A stretch of DNA of 64,000 nt, taken from assembly GCA_017403145.1 (NCBI GenBank), contig JAFQOO010000008.1:102064-166063 (forward strand), read 5' to 3'. The notes under the pieces were generated by a model. The model was not told where the DNA came from. It saw only the letters and a list, made by a program, of their open reading frames with translations, and searched no databases. Position 1 is the first letter of the stretch. Each line of letters starts with the position of its first letter. The translations under genes were made by a program, and so were the position numbers. Source of the stretch: Clostridia bacterium. Lineage in GTDB: Bacteria; Bacillota; Clostridia; Christensenellales; DTU072. Below, one piece after another: positions 1 to 9,480 of the stretch.

Positions 1-881
1 ACCACAATATGTTCGGGACGAATGCCTAGAATAGCTTTTACACTTTCATTAACGCCGACCTTGAGTTTAGCAAGTTGTTGCTTCGATAGAGTGAATTTGA
101 CAAAACCCGCATCGACTATCGCGCCATCGTTATCGCGCGAAACTATACAATCAAAAAAGTTCATTTGAGGCGTGCCAATGAAGCCTGCCGTAAACTTATT
201 TGCCGGGTGATTGAATAGTTGACGAGGTGCACCAGATTGCATAACGACACCATCTTTCATAACGACTATTCTATCCCCCATTGTCATTGCTTCCACTTGG
301 TCGTGAGTAACGTAAATGAAGGTTGTGCCTAGCTTCCTATGTAGAGCGGATAACTCTGCTCTCATCTTTGCACGAAGCTTTGCATCAAGGTTTGAAAGCG
401 GTTCATCTAGCAAGAAAACGTCGGGCTCACGAACTATTGCCCTACCTAGCGCTACTCTTTGCCTTTGACCGCCTGAAAGATTGGCTGGTTTTGCTTTTAG
501 ATAGTCGCTAAGTCCCAACATTTTTGCTATGGACTCCACCTTATTTTTTATGACTTCTTTGTCAACGCCTTGCATTCTAAGTCCAAAAGAAATGTTGTCT
601 GCAACCGACATATTGGGAAATAGTGCATAGTTTTGGAAAACCATTGCGATATTTCTATCCTTAGATTCAAGCAAATTGACCCTTTTCTCGCCAATAAAAA
701 TATCCCCTGAAGTAATATCTTCAAGTCCTGCTATCATTCTAAGAGTGGTTGACTTGCCACAGCCGGATGGTCCAACAAGTACAACGAACTCCTTATCTTT
801 TATATTGATGCAAACGTCCGAAACAGCTTTAACTTTACCATCATAGACCTTGCATACGTGATTAAGTTTCAATCCTGCCAT
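1..881 (-). CDS. Sugar ABC transporter ATP-binding protein (MsmK/MalK/UgpC-like); C-terminus cut by window edge
   Basis: Not in the ORF track because it runs off the window. Reverse-strand translation from the ATG at 879-881 reads [54 protein letters not shown] (Walker A). Further in it reads [19 protein letters not shown] (ABC signature). It is a paralogue of ORF 5019..6890. Confidence 0.9.
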   Translation of the reverse strand, partial: MAGLKLNHVCKVYDGKVKAVSDVCINIKDKEFVVLVGPSGCGKSTTLRMIAGLEDITSGDIFIGEKRVNLLESKDRNIAMVFQNYALFPNMSVADNISFGLRMQGVDKEVIKNKVESIAKMLGLSDYLKAKPANLSGGQRQRVALGRAIVREPDVFLLDEPLSNLDAKLRAKMRAELSALHRKLGTTFIYVTHDQVEAMTMGDRIVVMKDGVVMQSGAPRQLFNHPANKFTAGFIGTPQMNFFDCIVSRDNDGAIVDAGFVKFTLSKQQLAKLKVGVNESVKAILGIRPEHIV

Positions 882-885
882 AATA

Positions 886-1815
886 TTATCCCTTTACTGC
901 TCCTGCCATTGTTCCGCCAAGAATGTATTTTTGCAACAAGAAGAATACCAAAACCATCGGTGCGGACACCATAACTGCTCCTGCGAGCATTATTGGATAC
1001 ATTGTTACGTACGAGCCACCATTGTGCATAAGCATACCGAGTGAAATTGCTAGCGTATAGTTTTCTTCACTATTCAATACTATAAGTGGCCACAAGAAAT
1101 TGTTATAGTTCCACATAAACGTAGTTATGCCTTGAACGATAAGCATAGGCTTTACGATAGGCATACAAATACGCGAGAAAATCCTAAATCTTCCTGCCCC
1201 GTCAATGGTTGCAGCTTCTTCGATTTCCTTTTCGACAGCCATAAATTGTTGACGCAAAAGGAATATGTTATAAACACTCATAATGAATGGGAATATAAGC
1301 GCCTCCAAAGTATCTATCATTCCAAGATAGTTGATGATTAAAAAGTTAGGGATAAGCATAACGCATCCTGGAATCATCATCGAAGTTAAAGACAACTTGA
1401 AGATTTTATCTCTACCTGCAAACTTCATTCTTGCAAATGCATATGCTGCGATAGAGTTGAGGAACAAATTCAAAGCTGTATTTACAACACAAACAATCAA
1501 CGTGTTGAGAAGTACTTGTGGAATATTGAGTTCATTCCAAGCTTGCACGTAGTTATTGAATACAAATTCAAGTTCTCCACTACCATTCAGAGGCAAAAGA
1601 CTAAACGTGGTGGACGAGAATCCATCAACCGTCTTTAGTGATGATGCTAGTAGCCAAAGATATGGAACGACAAAACAAAGCGTTATAAATATTAACACTG
1701 CATAAATAGAGCCTCTCTTTACTAAAGTAAGGATATTAAAACGCTTAGGAAAAGATAGCTTGCCATATTTCTTTAGCGGGACAGGTGTCAAACTATTAAA
1801 ATTATTGTTTTCCAT
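886..1815 (-). CDS. Carbohydrate ABC transporter permease (MalG/AraQ-like)
   Basis: 309 aa, multi-TM. EAA-type loop EEAATIDGAGRFRIFSRICMPIVKP. Tightly packed with the neighbouring ABC genes. Confidence 0.9.
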   Translation of the reverse strand: MENNNFNSLTPVPLKKYGKLSFPKRFNILTLVKRGSIYAVLIFITLCFVVPYLWLLASSLKTVDGFSSTTFSLLPLNGSGELEFVFNNYVQAWNELNIPQVLLNTLIVCVVNTALNLFLNSIAAYAFARMKFAGRDKIFKLSLTSMMIPGCVMLIPNFLIINYLGMIDTLEALIFPFIMSVYNIFLLRQQFMAVEKEIEEAATIDGAGRFRIFSRICMPIVKPMLIVQGITTFMWNYNNFLWPLIVLNSEENYTLAISLGMLMHNGGSYVTMYPIMLAGAVMVSAPMVLVFFLLQKYILGGTMAGAVKG

Positions 1816-1816
1816 A

Positions 1817-2773
1817 TTAAGCCTCGCCCCCTTTTCTCTTTAAACGTGCAAATAGACTTTTTTTGTTCTTTGCATCAACGTCTTTTGGCAACGCCCTAAA
1901 TTGAATCAACGTTAGGACGAGCAAGAATGCAAATAGGATAAACGACATTGCAGAACCAACGCCCAATTCACCAAAAGTCATAGATTGTTCATATACGCCA
2001 TAGACGTAGGTATAAGTGCTATGATTTGTACCCGTGCCCGTCATAAGCCACATTTGCTCAAAGGCTTGGAACCCGCCAATTATACCCGTAACAAGGAAAA
2101 AGAACACCGTAGGCATAACTCCAGGCACCGTAATGTTCCAAAACTTTTGGAAAGCATTTGCGCCATCAATCGATGCCGCTTCATACAATGAAGAGTCAAT
2201 ATTTTTCATTGCCGAGAGCATAATGAGAACGTTGTAGCCAAGACCACCCCATACGCTCATTACCGCAAGGGTAATCAAGTCAAGGCCCTCCGTACCAAGG
2301 AAGTTGATGTTGGTTCCAAGCAATTGGTTAATCATACCAAACGTGGGGTCGAGCATAAATCTCCAAAGAGCCATAACCGCAACACCAACGGTAACCGACG
2401 GAATATAAAACGCCGTTTTAAAGAATCTCTCGGCCTTTATTTTCGAATTGAGCAATGCCGACACCACTAGGGACAAAATGATATTGATGGGTACCGTGAG
2501 CAAAATATACTCAACGGACACAAGTAGCGACTTCCAAAAATATGGATAGAGCACTCGGTTGGTAAACAGAGCAACGTAGTTATCAAACTGCACCCAGCCA
2601 ATTTCGTTGAGTCCATCCCAATCGGAGAAACTTATTACAAGGGCTATGAGCATTGGCAACAGCTGAAAGATTAAAAAGTATGCAATCAGCGGTGTTACAA
2701 ACAATAGCCCTTGTAGGTTCCGTTTGATGGTAGTTTTTGTTTTTTTTCTCATTTTCATTTTATTCAAATTCAA
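1817..2773 (-). CDS. Carbohydrate ABC transporter permease (MalF/UgpA-like)
   Basis: 318 aa, multi-TM. EAA loop YEAASIDGANAFQKFWNITVPGVMP. 1-nt gap to the next permease. Confidence 0.9.
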   Translation of the reverse strand: MNLNKMKMRKKTKTTIKRNLQGLLFVTPLIAYFLIFQLLPMLIALVISFSDWDGLNEIGWVQFDNYVALFTNRVLYPYFWKSLLVSVEYILLTVPINIILSLVVSALLNSKIKAERFFKTAFYIPSVTVGVAVMALWRFMLDPTFGMINQLLGTNINFLGTEGLDLITLAVMSVWGGLGYNVLIMLSAMKNIDSSLYEAASIDGANAFQKFWNITVPGVMPTVFFFLVTGIIGGFQAFEQMWLMTGTGTNHSTYTYVYGVYEQSMTFGELGVGSAMSFILFAFLLVLTLIQFRALPKDVDAKNKKSLFARLKRKGGEA

Positions 2774-4031
2774 GAACTTGTTCTGCTTGTCCTACTGCCC
2801 TATCAAGTGCTGATTGGATGTTTTCACCATTTTCAAGTATATCTGCTAGCGCGTTAGCAAGATACATATCGTTTACTTTTGTCCAACCCTTAACTGCAGG
2901 ACGTGCCGATGCGGTGTTAAGTTGTTCAAGGACTTTCGCGAGTGATTCTTTAACAACTTCGGAATATGCTTCTCCGGTAACAGGGTTATTGGTGGGAACT
3001 TTTGCAAGTGATTTGATGGCAGCGAAGTTTTGTCCGATAAGTTTTGTAATATTTTCTTCACGAAGCAAGAACTTTACAAGTTGTTTTGCTTGCTCTTCTT
3101 TGCCGGAATCCTTTCTTATTGCAAGGTTTTCACCACCGATATTCGAATATGATACGCCACCATCTTCTTTAGAAATAAAGAGAGTTGCGCCCATATTTTG
3201 TGCACACCAAGTGGGGTTAGCAGAATAGAAATTGACGATGTCTGCACTATGTGCAAGGGTAAACATAACCTTACCCGTTGCAAATGCATTGGTAGTCTCT
3301 CTTACAGTCTTGGGTGATTTTGCATAAAGGTCAACGACCATTTGTGCGGCATTGACTGCTTCGGCACTATTGAAAACTGCTTTATTGTTAGCAACCATTT
3401 GTCCGCCTGCACTCTTCAAAAATGCTTGGAAATACCAAGAAGCATAACCGCCTGCACCAATACCACCAAACAACGCGGTATCTGCAGGAACGTTCATATT
3501 CTTCCATTCGTTCCAGTTCGAAGGTAGTTCCGTAACCAAAGTTTTGTTATATAGCAAAACAGAGGTTGTGAGCGAGAACGGTACTGCATAGGTTGAGCCA
3601 TTGTACACCGCTGTATCCATTGCAGCTGGGAAGAAATCCGATTTTTTGAGGCCCTCTTGTCCTTCTTCTGCAAAGAAGCCTGTATCTAAGTTCAAGCATT
3701 GTGCAACGTAGTCGGCAAGGACGGGTTGGTCAAGATAGAATACGTCGGGTTTGTTGTCCTTGGTTTTAAAGTTAGAAGACAACTTGGTGTTATAGCTATC
3801 CTTGGGTACGTAAATAGGTTTTACTTTGATACCTGTTTCTTGGGTAAATGCCTCAAGAATTTGATTGTATATGGTCTTTGACTGCTCGTTAGCCGGTGCA
3901 TAGGCCATAAAAATCAGCTCGTTAGCATCACCTTCGTTGGTTTTACAGGCAGATAACGTGCCTGCACAAACCGACACCATAAACACCGTCATTATGACAA
4001 GTGCAAAAACTCTGATTTTCTTTGACTTCAT
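2760..4031 (-). CDS. Extracellular sugar-binding lipoprotein (ABC substrate-binding protein, family 1)
   Basis: Signal peptide plus lipobox (GTLSAC). I prefer the ATG at 4031, which has GGAGGA (4039-4044, minus strand) 7 nt upstream, over the track start at 4046, which lies inside that RBS. Confidence 0.85.
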   Translation of the reverse strand: MKSKKIRVFALVIMTVFMVSVCAGTLSACKTNEGDANELIFMAYAPANEQSKTIYNQILEAFTQETGIKVKPIYVPKDSYNTKLSSNFKTKDNKPDVFYLDQPVLADYVAQCLNLDTGFFAEEGQEGLKKSDFFPAAMDTAVYNGSTYAVPFSLTTSVLLYNKTLVTELPSNWNEWKNMNVPADTALFGGIGAGGYASWYFQAFLKSAGGQMVANNKAVFNSAEAVNAAQMVVDLYAKSPKTVRETTNAFATGKVMFTLAHSADIVNFYSANPTWCAQNMGATLFISKEDGGVSYSNIGGENLAIRKDSGKEEQAKQLVKFLLREENITKLIGQNFAAIKSLAKVPTNNPVTGEAYSEVVKESLAKVLEQLNTASARPAVKGWTKVNDMYLANALADILENGENIQSALDRAVGQAEQVLEFE

Positions 4032-4045
4032 ATATGGTTCCTCCA

Positions 4046-5002
4046 TTACGCCGATTCGTTTATAACGAGTTTTGGCGATATTTTACTTCGAGTAGGTTGT
4101 TGGCCGTCAAGCATTGCAAGCAAGGTGTCTGCAAGGCATACGCCAACTTCATACAACGGTTGTTTGACTGTCGTAAGATGAGGATTCGTCATATTTTCAT
4201 ATCCGAATCCGTCAAAGCCAACCACCGAAACGTCTTTGGGGATTTCCAACCCCTTCTCTTTCAACGCATAAGTACAACCGATAGCAATAGCATCTGTCGC
4301 ACACACAAAACCATCAACGAATACGTTTGATAAAAGCAGTTTTTTTGCCACCTCGTATCCTGCTGAAACGTTATTATCACTGCATTCAAGAGCTACCGCT
4401 TCCTTTTGGAATTCTGCCATTTCATCTTTATATCCTTGTAGCCTTTCTTTTGCATAGTGCATATACAATGGCGCGGATAAATATGCTATGTTTTTACATC
4501 CCTTTTCAATAAGATGTTTGACAGCTAACTTTTGCCCTGCATAGTTATCAACGTCAACCCACGCAGGAAGGTTCTCGTGGTTGCCGAATAAGACAACCGG
4601 TTTCTCAATTTGCAACGTGGACAACTTGTCCTCCGCTTCTTTATTGACGCCCATAACTATTACACCATCGCAAGTAACTTTGTGAGGCAATTCCCTACTA
4701 AGCAAGAACGAATAACCACTCTCACCAAGTCTTTCACCAATTGCCGCAACCGTTTGGGTAACAAATGGTTCTGTTGCGGACAATTCTTTGGGAATATACA
4801 CGTGGATGATATTTGTACGTTTTAACGCAAGCGAACGAGCCACTTGATTGGGATAAAAATCCAATTCTTCTGCCTTTTTGAGAATTTTGGCAAGGGTTTT
4901 TGGATTTAATTTGTCCTGATTGTTGAATGCACGAGATACCGTCATTATTGAAAATCCTGTTTCCCTTGCAATATCAGCAATTGTTACGTGCGTCTTTCCC
5001 AT
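4046..5002 (-). CDS. LacI-family transcriptional regulator
   Basis: N-terminal HTH TIADIARETGFSIMTVSRAFNN followed by a periplasmic-binding-protein-like sugar-sensor fold. Embedded in the sugar ABC operon. Confidence 0.9.
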   Translation of the reverse strand: MGKTHVTIADIARETGFSIMTVSRAFNNQDKLNPKTLAKILKKAEELDFYPNQVARSLALKRTNIIHVYIPKELSATEPFVTQTVAAIGERLGESGYSFLLSRELPHKVTCDGVIVMGVNKEAEDKLSTLQIEKPVVLFGNHENLPAWVDVDNYAGQKLAVKHLIEKGCKNIAYLSAPLYMHYAKERLQGYKDEMAEFQKEAVALECSDNNVSAGYEVAKKLLLSNVFVDGFVCATDAIAIGCTYALKEKGLEIPKDVSVVGFDGFGYENMTNPHLTTVKQPLYEVGVCLADTLLAMLDGQQPTRSKISPKLVINESA

Positions 5003-5018
5003 AATAATACCTAATTAA

Positions 5019-6890
5019 TCAAAGTATTCTTACGTCTGTTTTGCTATCGTAAACAACAACGTTATCCATATTGAGAGCAAAATAAATCTGTTCGCCATTA
5101 AAATCTTGTGGTACGGACAAAATTACTTGTTCTCCTTCGAGTGTGCATCTTGCAAACCTTTCTTTGCCATAATCCAATACGTCGTCAACTTGACAAACAA
5201 ATCCATTTTGTTTTATTTCCGACCAAGCAGAAAACTCAAAGTTGAATGCCTTTTTGAATACGTTTTCTTCCGTGCTATTTTGCAACTTCTTGATAAATTC
5301 TTCGCTGATTTCTTGCGTTTGCGCATTTATAGAAGCATAAAATCTCGTTCTTGTCTGCTTTTTGCCACCGTCATCAACGTATTTTTCTTTTTTCTTAGAC
5401 AACTGTACTGGTACCATATTTTGCGTACGTAGTGGTAATTTATTTTCTATGCCTTCCAGCTTGATTTTTTTGAGGTCAATAGATATTTCCTTGCATTGGT
5501 CGGGATTTTCTATATTCAATGCAAATATTTTTTTGTCGCCAAGCTCAAAGACTGCAAGAGCTTTCCCGTCGACGTATTCTTCTTTTTCAAATTTTACGTT
5601 GATTCCATTTGCAACACTAACCGCATCAACGGGCACTCTCATAATATAATCCCCGTCTGCAACCAGCATTGCAGGTGGCAACAGGATTTCTTGTTCTGAT
5701 AACAAAATTTTACCATCCCTAATTTCGCAAGGTAAAACAGATTCTGTGGGTATTCTCAAACAAATATTTGTTTCTGTTTCTTTATCAAAGAAATGGAACT
5801 TTGTACTATCAAGGGAAATCGTGCATACTCTACCGGTTTCAATTTCCGAAAGAGAGGTGCAAATTGTCAAGCCCGTAGGACTTTGCTCCATTGTTTCTTC
5901 TCTTTCTATATCAAGGTCTGCAATTACTTGATAGTCCGTGCCAAGATTTTCCTTGCCATACAATCTGCACGTAAGCTTATGTGGATATTTGTTTTCATCA
6001 AAAGAAATATTTTCACCACGAACGCCCAAAATCACAGTCTTTTCACCATTTAAAAAGGTAAAATCGCACTTCGCAAACGTTGAATATGGTAAAACCATAG
6101 TTTGGTCAACCCCTAAAAATCGAAGTTCTACTTTGTCGCCAACTCTTTTTAAAGTGCAATCAAAAAAGTTCATTTGGGGTGTGCCAATAAAACCGGCAAC
6201 AAATTTATTATATGGATAACGATAAAGATTTCTTGGCGTGTCTATTTGCTGAGTTCTGCCCCCTCTCATAACGACAATGCGCGTACCCATTGTCATTGCT
6301 TCAATTTGGTCGTGAGTAACATAAATAAAGGTTGTGCCAAGCTTCTTGTGCAGTTTCAAAATCTCCGCACGCATTTCGCCACGAAGCTTTGCATCAAGAT
6401 TTGAAAGCGGTTCGTCAAAAAGGAATACCTTTGGTTCTCTAACGATTGCTCTTCCAAGAGCAACCCTTTGTCTTTGTCCACCCGAAAGAGCCTTTGGTTT
6501 TCTTTCAAGATATTGGGTTATACCAAGAATTTCAGCCGCTTCTTTAACTTTTTGGTCAATTTCAGGTTTTTTCATTTTGCGGAGTTTTAGTCCGAATGCC
6601 ATATTGCCATAGACGGTCATATTGGGATAAAGCGCATAGTTTTGGAATACCATTGCAATATCTCGTTCCTTGGGTTCTGCATCGTTAACAACTTCTCCGT
6701 CAATACGAAGTTCCCCTGCCGATATTTCTTCAAGCCCTGCTATCATTCTTAACGTGGTAGATTTACCACAGCCCGATGGACCAACGAAAACCAAAAACTC
6801 TTTGTCGTCGATATCTATTGAGAAATCACTAACCGCCTTTACCCCGTTAGGATAAACCTTGTAAATATGACTTAACTTTAGTCCCGCCAT
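5019..6890 (-). CDS. MsmK/MalK-like ABC ATPase with an extra C-terminal region of about 250 aa
   Basis: [18 protein letters not shown] (Walker A), [19 protein letters not shown] (signature), [11 protein letters not shown] (Walker B). At 623 aa it is far longer than a typical MalK-type ATPase. Confidence 0.85.
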   Translation of the reverse strand: MAGLKLSHIYKVYPNGVKAVSDFSIDIDDKEFLVFVGPSGCGKSTTLRMIAGLEEISAGELRIDGEVVNDAEPKERDIAMVFQNYALYPNMTVYGNMAFGLKLRKMKKPEIDQKVKEAAEILGITQYLERKPKALSGGQRQRVALGRAIVREPKVFLFDEPLSNLDAKLRGEMRAEILKLHKKLGTTFIYVTHDQIEAMTMGTRIVVMRGGRTQQIDTPRNLYRYPYNKFVAGFIGTPQMNFFDCTLKRVGDKVELRFLGVDQTMVLPYSTFAKCDFTFLNGEKTVILGVRGENISFDENKYPHKLTCRLYGKENLGTDYQVIADLDIEREETMEQSPTGLTICTSLSEIETGRVCTISLDSTKFHFFDKETETNICLRIPTESVLPCEIRDGKILLSEQEILLPPAMLVADGDYIMRVPVDAVSVANGINVKFEKEEYVDGKALAVFELGDKKIFALNIENPDQCKEISIDLKKIKLEGIENKLPLRTQNMVPVQLSKKKEKYVDDGGKKQTRTRFYASINAQTQEISEEFIKKLQNSTEENVFKKAFNFEFSAWSEIKQNGFVCQVDDVLDYGKERFARCTLEGEQVILSVPQDFNGEQIYFALNMDNVVVYDSKTDVRIL

Positions 6891-6971
6891 AACAAAACTC
6901 CTCTCTTCTTTTAATGCTCAACCGCGGTGGCGTCGTCTTATCATATATAATTTACAACAACTTGCCCTAGA

Positions 6972-6993
6972 AAAATGTTAGCGCTAACATTTT
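6972..6993. promoter_or_regulatory. LacI-type operator: 22-bp perfect palindrome AAAATGTTAGCGCTAACATTTT
   Basis: Perfect dyad with a central CG, checked base by base. The TGTTAGCGCTAACA core resembles LacI-family and cre operators. It lies between the predicted promoter and the first gene of the operon. Confidence 0.6.
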
Positions 6994-7017
6994 ATCGCAT
7001 TAAAAAATCTTAACTTA

Positions 7018-7046
7018 AGTTTACAACAATAATGCTATCTTGTCAA
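7018..7046 (-). promoter_or_regulatory. Sigma-A-type promoter of the sugar ABC operon
   Basis: On the minus strand: TTGACA (7041-7046), 17 nt, TAAACT (7018-7023). Confidence 0.5.
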
Positions 7047-7182
7047 TATCCATTATCTGAACCTATTGCCCTGTGTTGTCAAAATAATCAAGGTTGATAT
7101 GTTGGAATAGCTGTGTTAAAATATTTATATCAAATACTTTATCGTCGTTTTTATTATTACTATTTCTAATTTAACAGAATAT

Positions 7183-7210
7183 AAAAAGAGTGGCACAAGC
7201 CACTCTTTTT
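7183..7210. terminator. Rho-independent (bidirectional-looking) terminator
   Basis: AAAAAGAGTGGC-acaa-GCCACTCTTTTT directly downstream of ORF 7225..7866. It closes the large minus-strand locus. Confidence 0.8.
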
Positions 7211-7224
7211 AAATCATTATAAAA

Positions 7225-7866
7225 CTACTTTTTGCTTTTTTGATATCTATATACTTCTTTGAATTTTTCTGGAGAAGAGGTGTAATAATCAAGTTTGTCG
7301 TTACGTAGCATATAAGAAAATATCGCCACTGAACGAGCTTGACAATTTATTTGCTTTTTCTCGTTAAATTCTATATCGGTATAAACGTTATATTTCTTTA
7401 GATAAGATAAGTCTTTCTCGCTTTGCATTAGCGCTTTTATGTAAATATAATCATAAAACAAACTCTTCGGAACTAATGGGAAATCTTCATCTTTATATCT
7501 AAACCCTGTTAGTTCTTTATCTATACTCCTTATAAAATGCTTTGCCTCGCTCGGCTCTGCATCTATAAGGAATTCAAATTGTTCACCGCCTTCAAACACC
7601 TTTGATGATTGAAAAACACATTCTAAAGGCTTCCCATCAAGCAACAAATTAAAGGCACTTAAATCTGCACCTTCTTTCAAAGGAGATTTTGTAGAAACTT
7701 CCAACACTTTGGCGTACGGATACTTTTTAGTTATGGCAGAATGTAGAGAAATGATGCTTTTTTGTTTTTGAGAAACCTCAAAACCCGGAAATCCCACATA
7801 TTCGACGATTTCCTCCTCAAAGCATCTTTTCCCCTGCCCCACTTTAAAAATCATTTTTGTTGACAT
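7225..7866 (-). CDS. Hypothetical protein (last gene of the locus), no family recognised
   Basis: 213-aa ORF with AAGGAGGGG upstream of the ATG. I recognise no motif, and there is no J-domain HPD. Confidence 0.6.
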   Translation of the reverse strand: MSTKMIFKVGQGKRCFEEEIVEYVGFPGFEVSQKQKSIISLHSAITKKYPYAKVLEVSTKSPLKEGADLSAFNLLLDGKPLECVFQSSKVFEGGEQFEFLIDAEPSEAKHFIRSIDKELTGFRYKDEDFPLVPKSLFYDYIYIKALMQSEKDLSYLKKYNVYTDIEFNEKKQINCQARSVAIFSYMLRNDKLDYYTSSPEKFKEVYRYQKSKK

Positions 7867-7890
7867 TATTCCCCTCCTTTATCAAATAAT

Positions 7891-7924
7891 AAAAGGCTTG
7901 GCTATATTAGCTCAAGCCTTTTAT
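7891..7924 (-). terminator. Hairpin or partial terminator between the Hsp70-like gene and ORF 7225..7866
   Basis: AAAAGGCTTG-(14 nt)-CAAGCCTTTT, followed on the minus strand by a T-rich tract. Confidence 0.4.
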
Positions 7925-7940
7925 ATTTTGATTTTAATGA

Positions 7941-9464
7941 TTATTTGGATACAACCGACATTTTTTGTCTCTTTATTTCTTTGCCAGTTTTTGAATCACA
8001 AGCAATCATTGTTAATTCTCCCTCTGGAGTAAGTTCAAAAGACAATGCTATGCTATACTTTCTAGACAGTTTCAAGGTATACAAATGTTTTGGGACGGGA
8101 ACGTTCATTTTTTGATTTAAATATCTTCCTTCTTCTAATGGGATTTTTGCACCTACTATTAAATTTGCATCATCTATCTCAAACAAACAACAAGGAATTT
8201 CATCTTGATCTTTATCATGAGGAACATAGTTAAAGGATTCTGACTTAATATTCTTTCCGTTAGAAAACTCTTGGTTCTTAGCGATGATTATATCTATTTT
8301 TCTTGTCCCATCGTCAGCAAGAAAGTCGGTACCATATGCATGCGACGTACATTGCTGCACCATACTCCCGATTTTTCCTTGTGATACCAACTTAGAATAA
8401 ATCGCCGCTCCTTTTGCAATAGCATACAAGGGATTCGAAATTACAACTTTACCAAATCTTCCTTCCATCGCTTTTTGAATTTGTGGCATACAACTCCCGC
8501 CACCGACTAAAACAACTTCATCTATGCCATTATTATTCTCTTCTAAACGCCCAACTATTTTATCCACAACTTTCATTGCTTTTTGTAACAACCGTCCACT
8601 TCTACTTTCAAAAGCTTTTCTAGTAATTCGAACGCTATCCAAACCAAATGGATAACCATCAAATGAAAATGCTTCTAAGCTTGATAGGCTATGCTTAAGT
8701 TCATTTATACGGTTCTTAAACATCATCTTTTCTTTATTCGTTAAAGTATTTTCGTCAAACGAAAAACCTTTTTTATTGATTTCATCTATTACCAAGTTTT
8801 TTAGTTCAATGTCCCATTGATTCGCTCCTATATCATCGCCTTCTTTATCTAAAATTTGATAACATTGCTTACCCTTCTCTAAATAAAAACGAACGTATGC
8901 AACATCGAGCGTACCACCGCCTAAATCAAAAATTAATAAATTTTTATCCACTTTTTCATATCTTGTATAAGAAAATGCTCCAGCAACAGGTTCTTCTAGC
9001 GTATGTATTTTTTCTTGATTTAAATTAAGACTTTCCGACAAGTATGTTTTTAATAATGATGCATACTGCGCTTTTGCTATGCTTTTTCCGCTACCAACTG
9101 GCATCGTTATCGTAAGAACTTCTATTTCGGGGTTTTCTCCATTTTGTTTTTGTATTCTTTGTTTATACTCCACAAATGACCCAAGAAAACCTTTAACAAT
9201 TTCTCCAATTGTGGGGGAACCATTTAATGGCTTATAATTAACACCTTGATTACGAATTAGCAATTTAAGCTCTGTTACTAAATTTTGAGGTCTATTTAAT
9301 TTTTCGTCAGTGGTAGCAAAAAAACCATTTCCGAATCCACCTAAAAGATATTCACTGGGCTTTCCAGCATCATGTTCTCCTCGTGATACTATTGTTTGCA
9401 CATCTGTTCCATTTACCCATTGAATATGAGAAGTACACGTTCCAAAATCAAATCCTAATTTCAT
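7941..9464 (-). CDS. Non-canonical Hsp70-family ATPase (lidless, 507 aa)
   Basis: Hsp70/actin-fold motifs FDFGTCTSH (phosphate 1), LIFDLGGGTLDVAYV (phosphate 2) and VVLVGGGSCMPQIQ (adenosine). C-terminal segment FELTPEGELTMIACDSKTGKEIK resembles the SBD-beta motif. No helical lid and no EEVD tail. Confidence 0.85.
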   Translation of the reverse strand: MKLGFDFGTCTSHIQWVNGTDVQTIVSRGEHDAGKPSEYLLGGFGNGFFATTDEKLNRPQNLVTELKLLIRNQGVNYKPLNGSPTIGEIVKGFLGSFVEYKQRIQKQNGENPEIEVLTITMPVGSGKSIAKAQYASLLKTYLSESLNLNQEKIHTLEEPVAGAFSYTRYEKVDKNLLIFDLGGGTLDVAYVRFYLEKGKQCYQILDKEGDDIGANQWDIELKNLVIDEINKKGFSFDENTLTNKEKMMFKNRINELKHSLSSLEAFSFDGYPFGLDSVRITRKAFESRSGRLLQKAMKVVDKIVGRLEENNNGIDEVVLVGGGSCMPQIQKAMEGRFGKVVISNPLYAIAKGAAIYSKLVSQGKIGSMVQQCTSHAYGTDFLADDGTRKIDIIIAKNQEFSNGKNIKSESFNYVPHDKDQDEIPCCLFEIDDANLIVGAKIPLEEGRYLNQKMNVPVPKHLYTLKLSRKYSIALSFELTPEGELTMIACDSKTGKEIKRQKMSVVSK

Positions 9465-9480
9465 TTTTTTCTCTCCTTTT

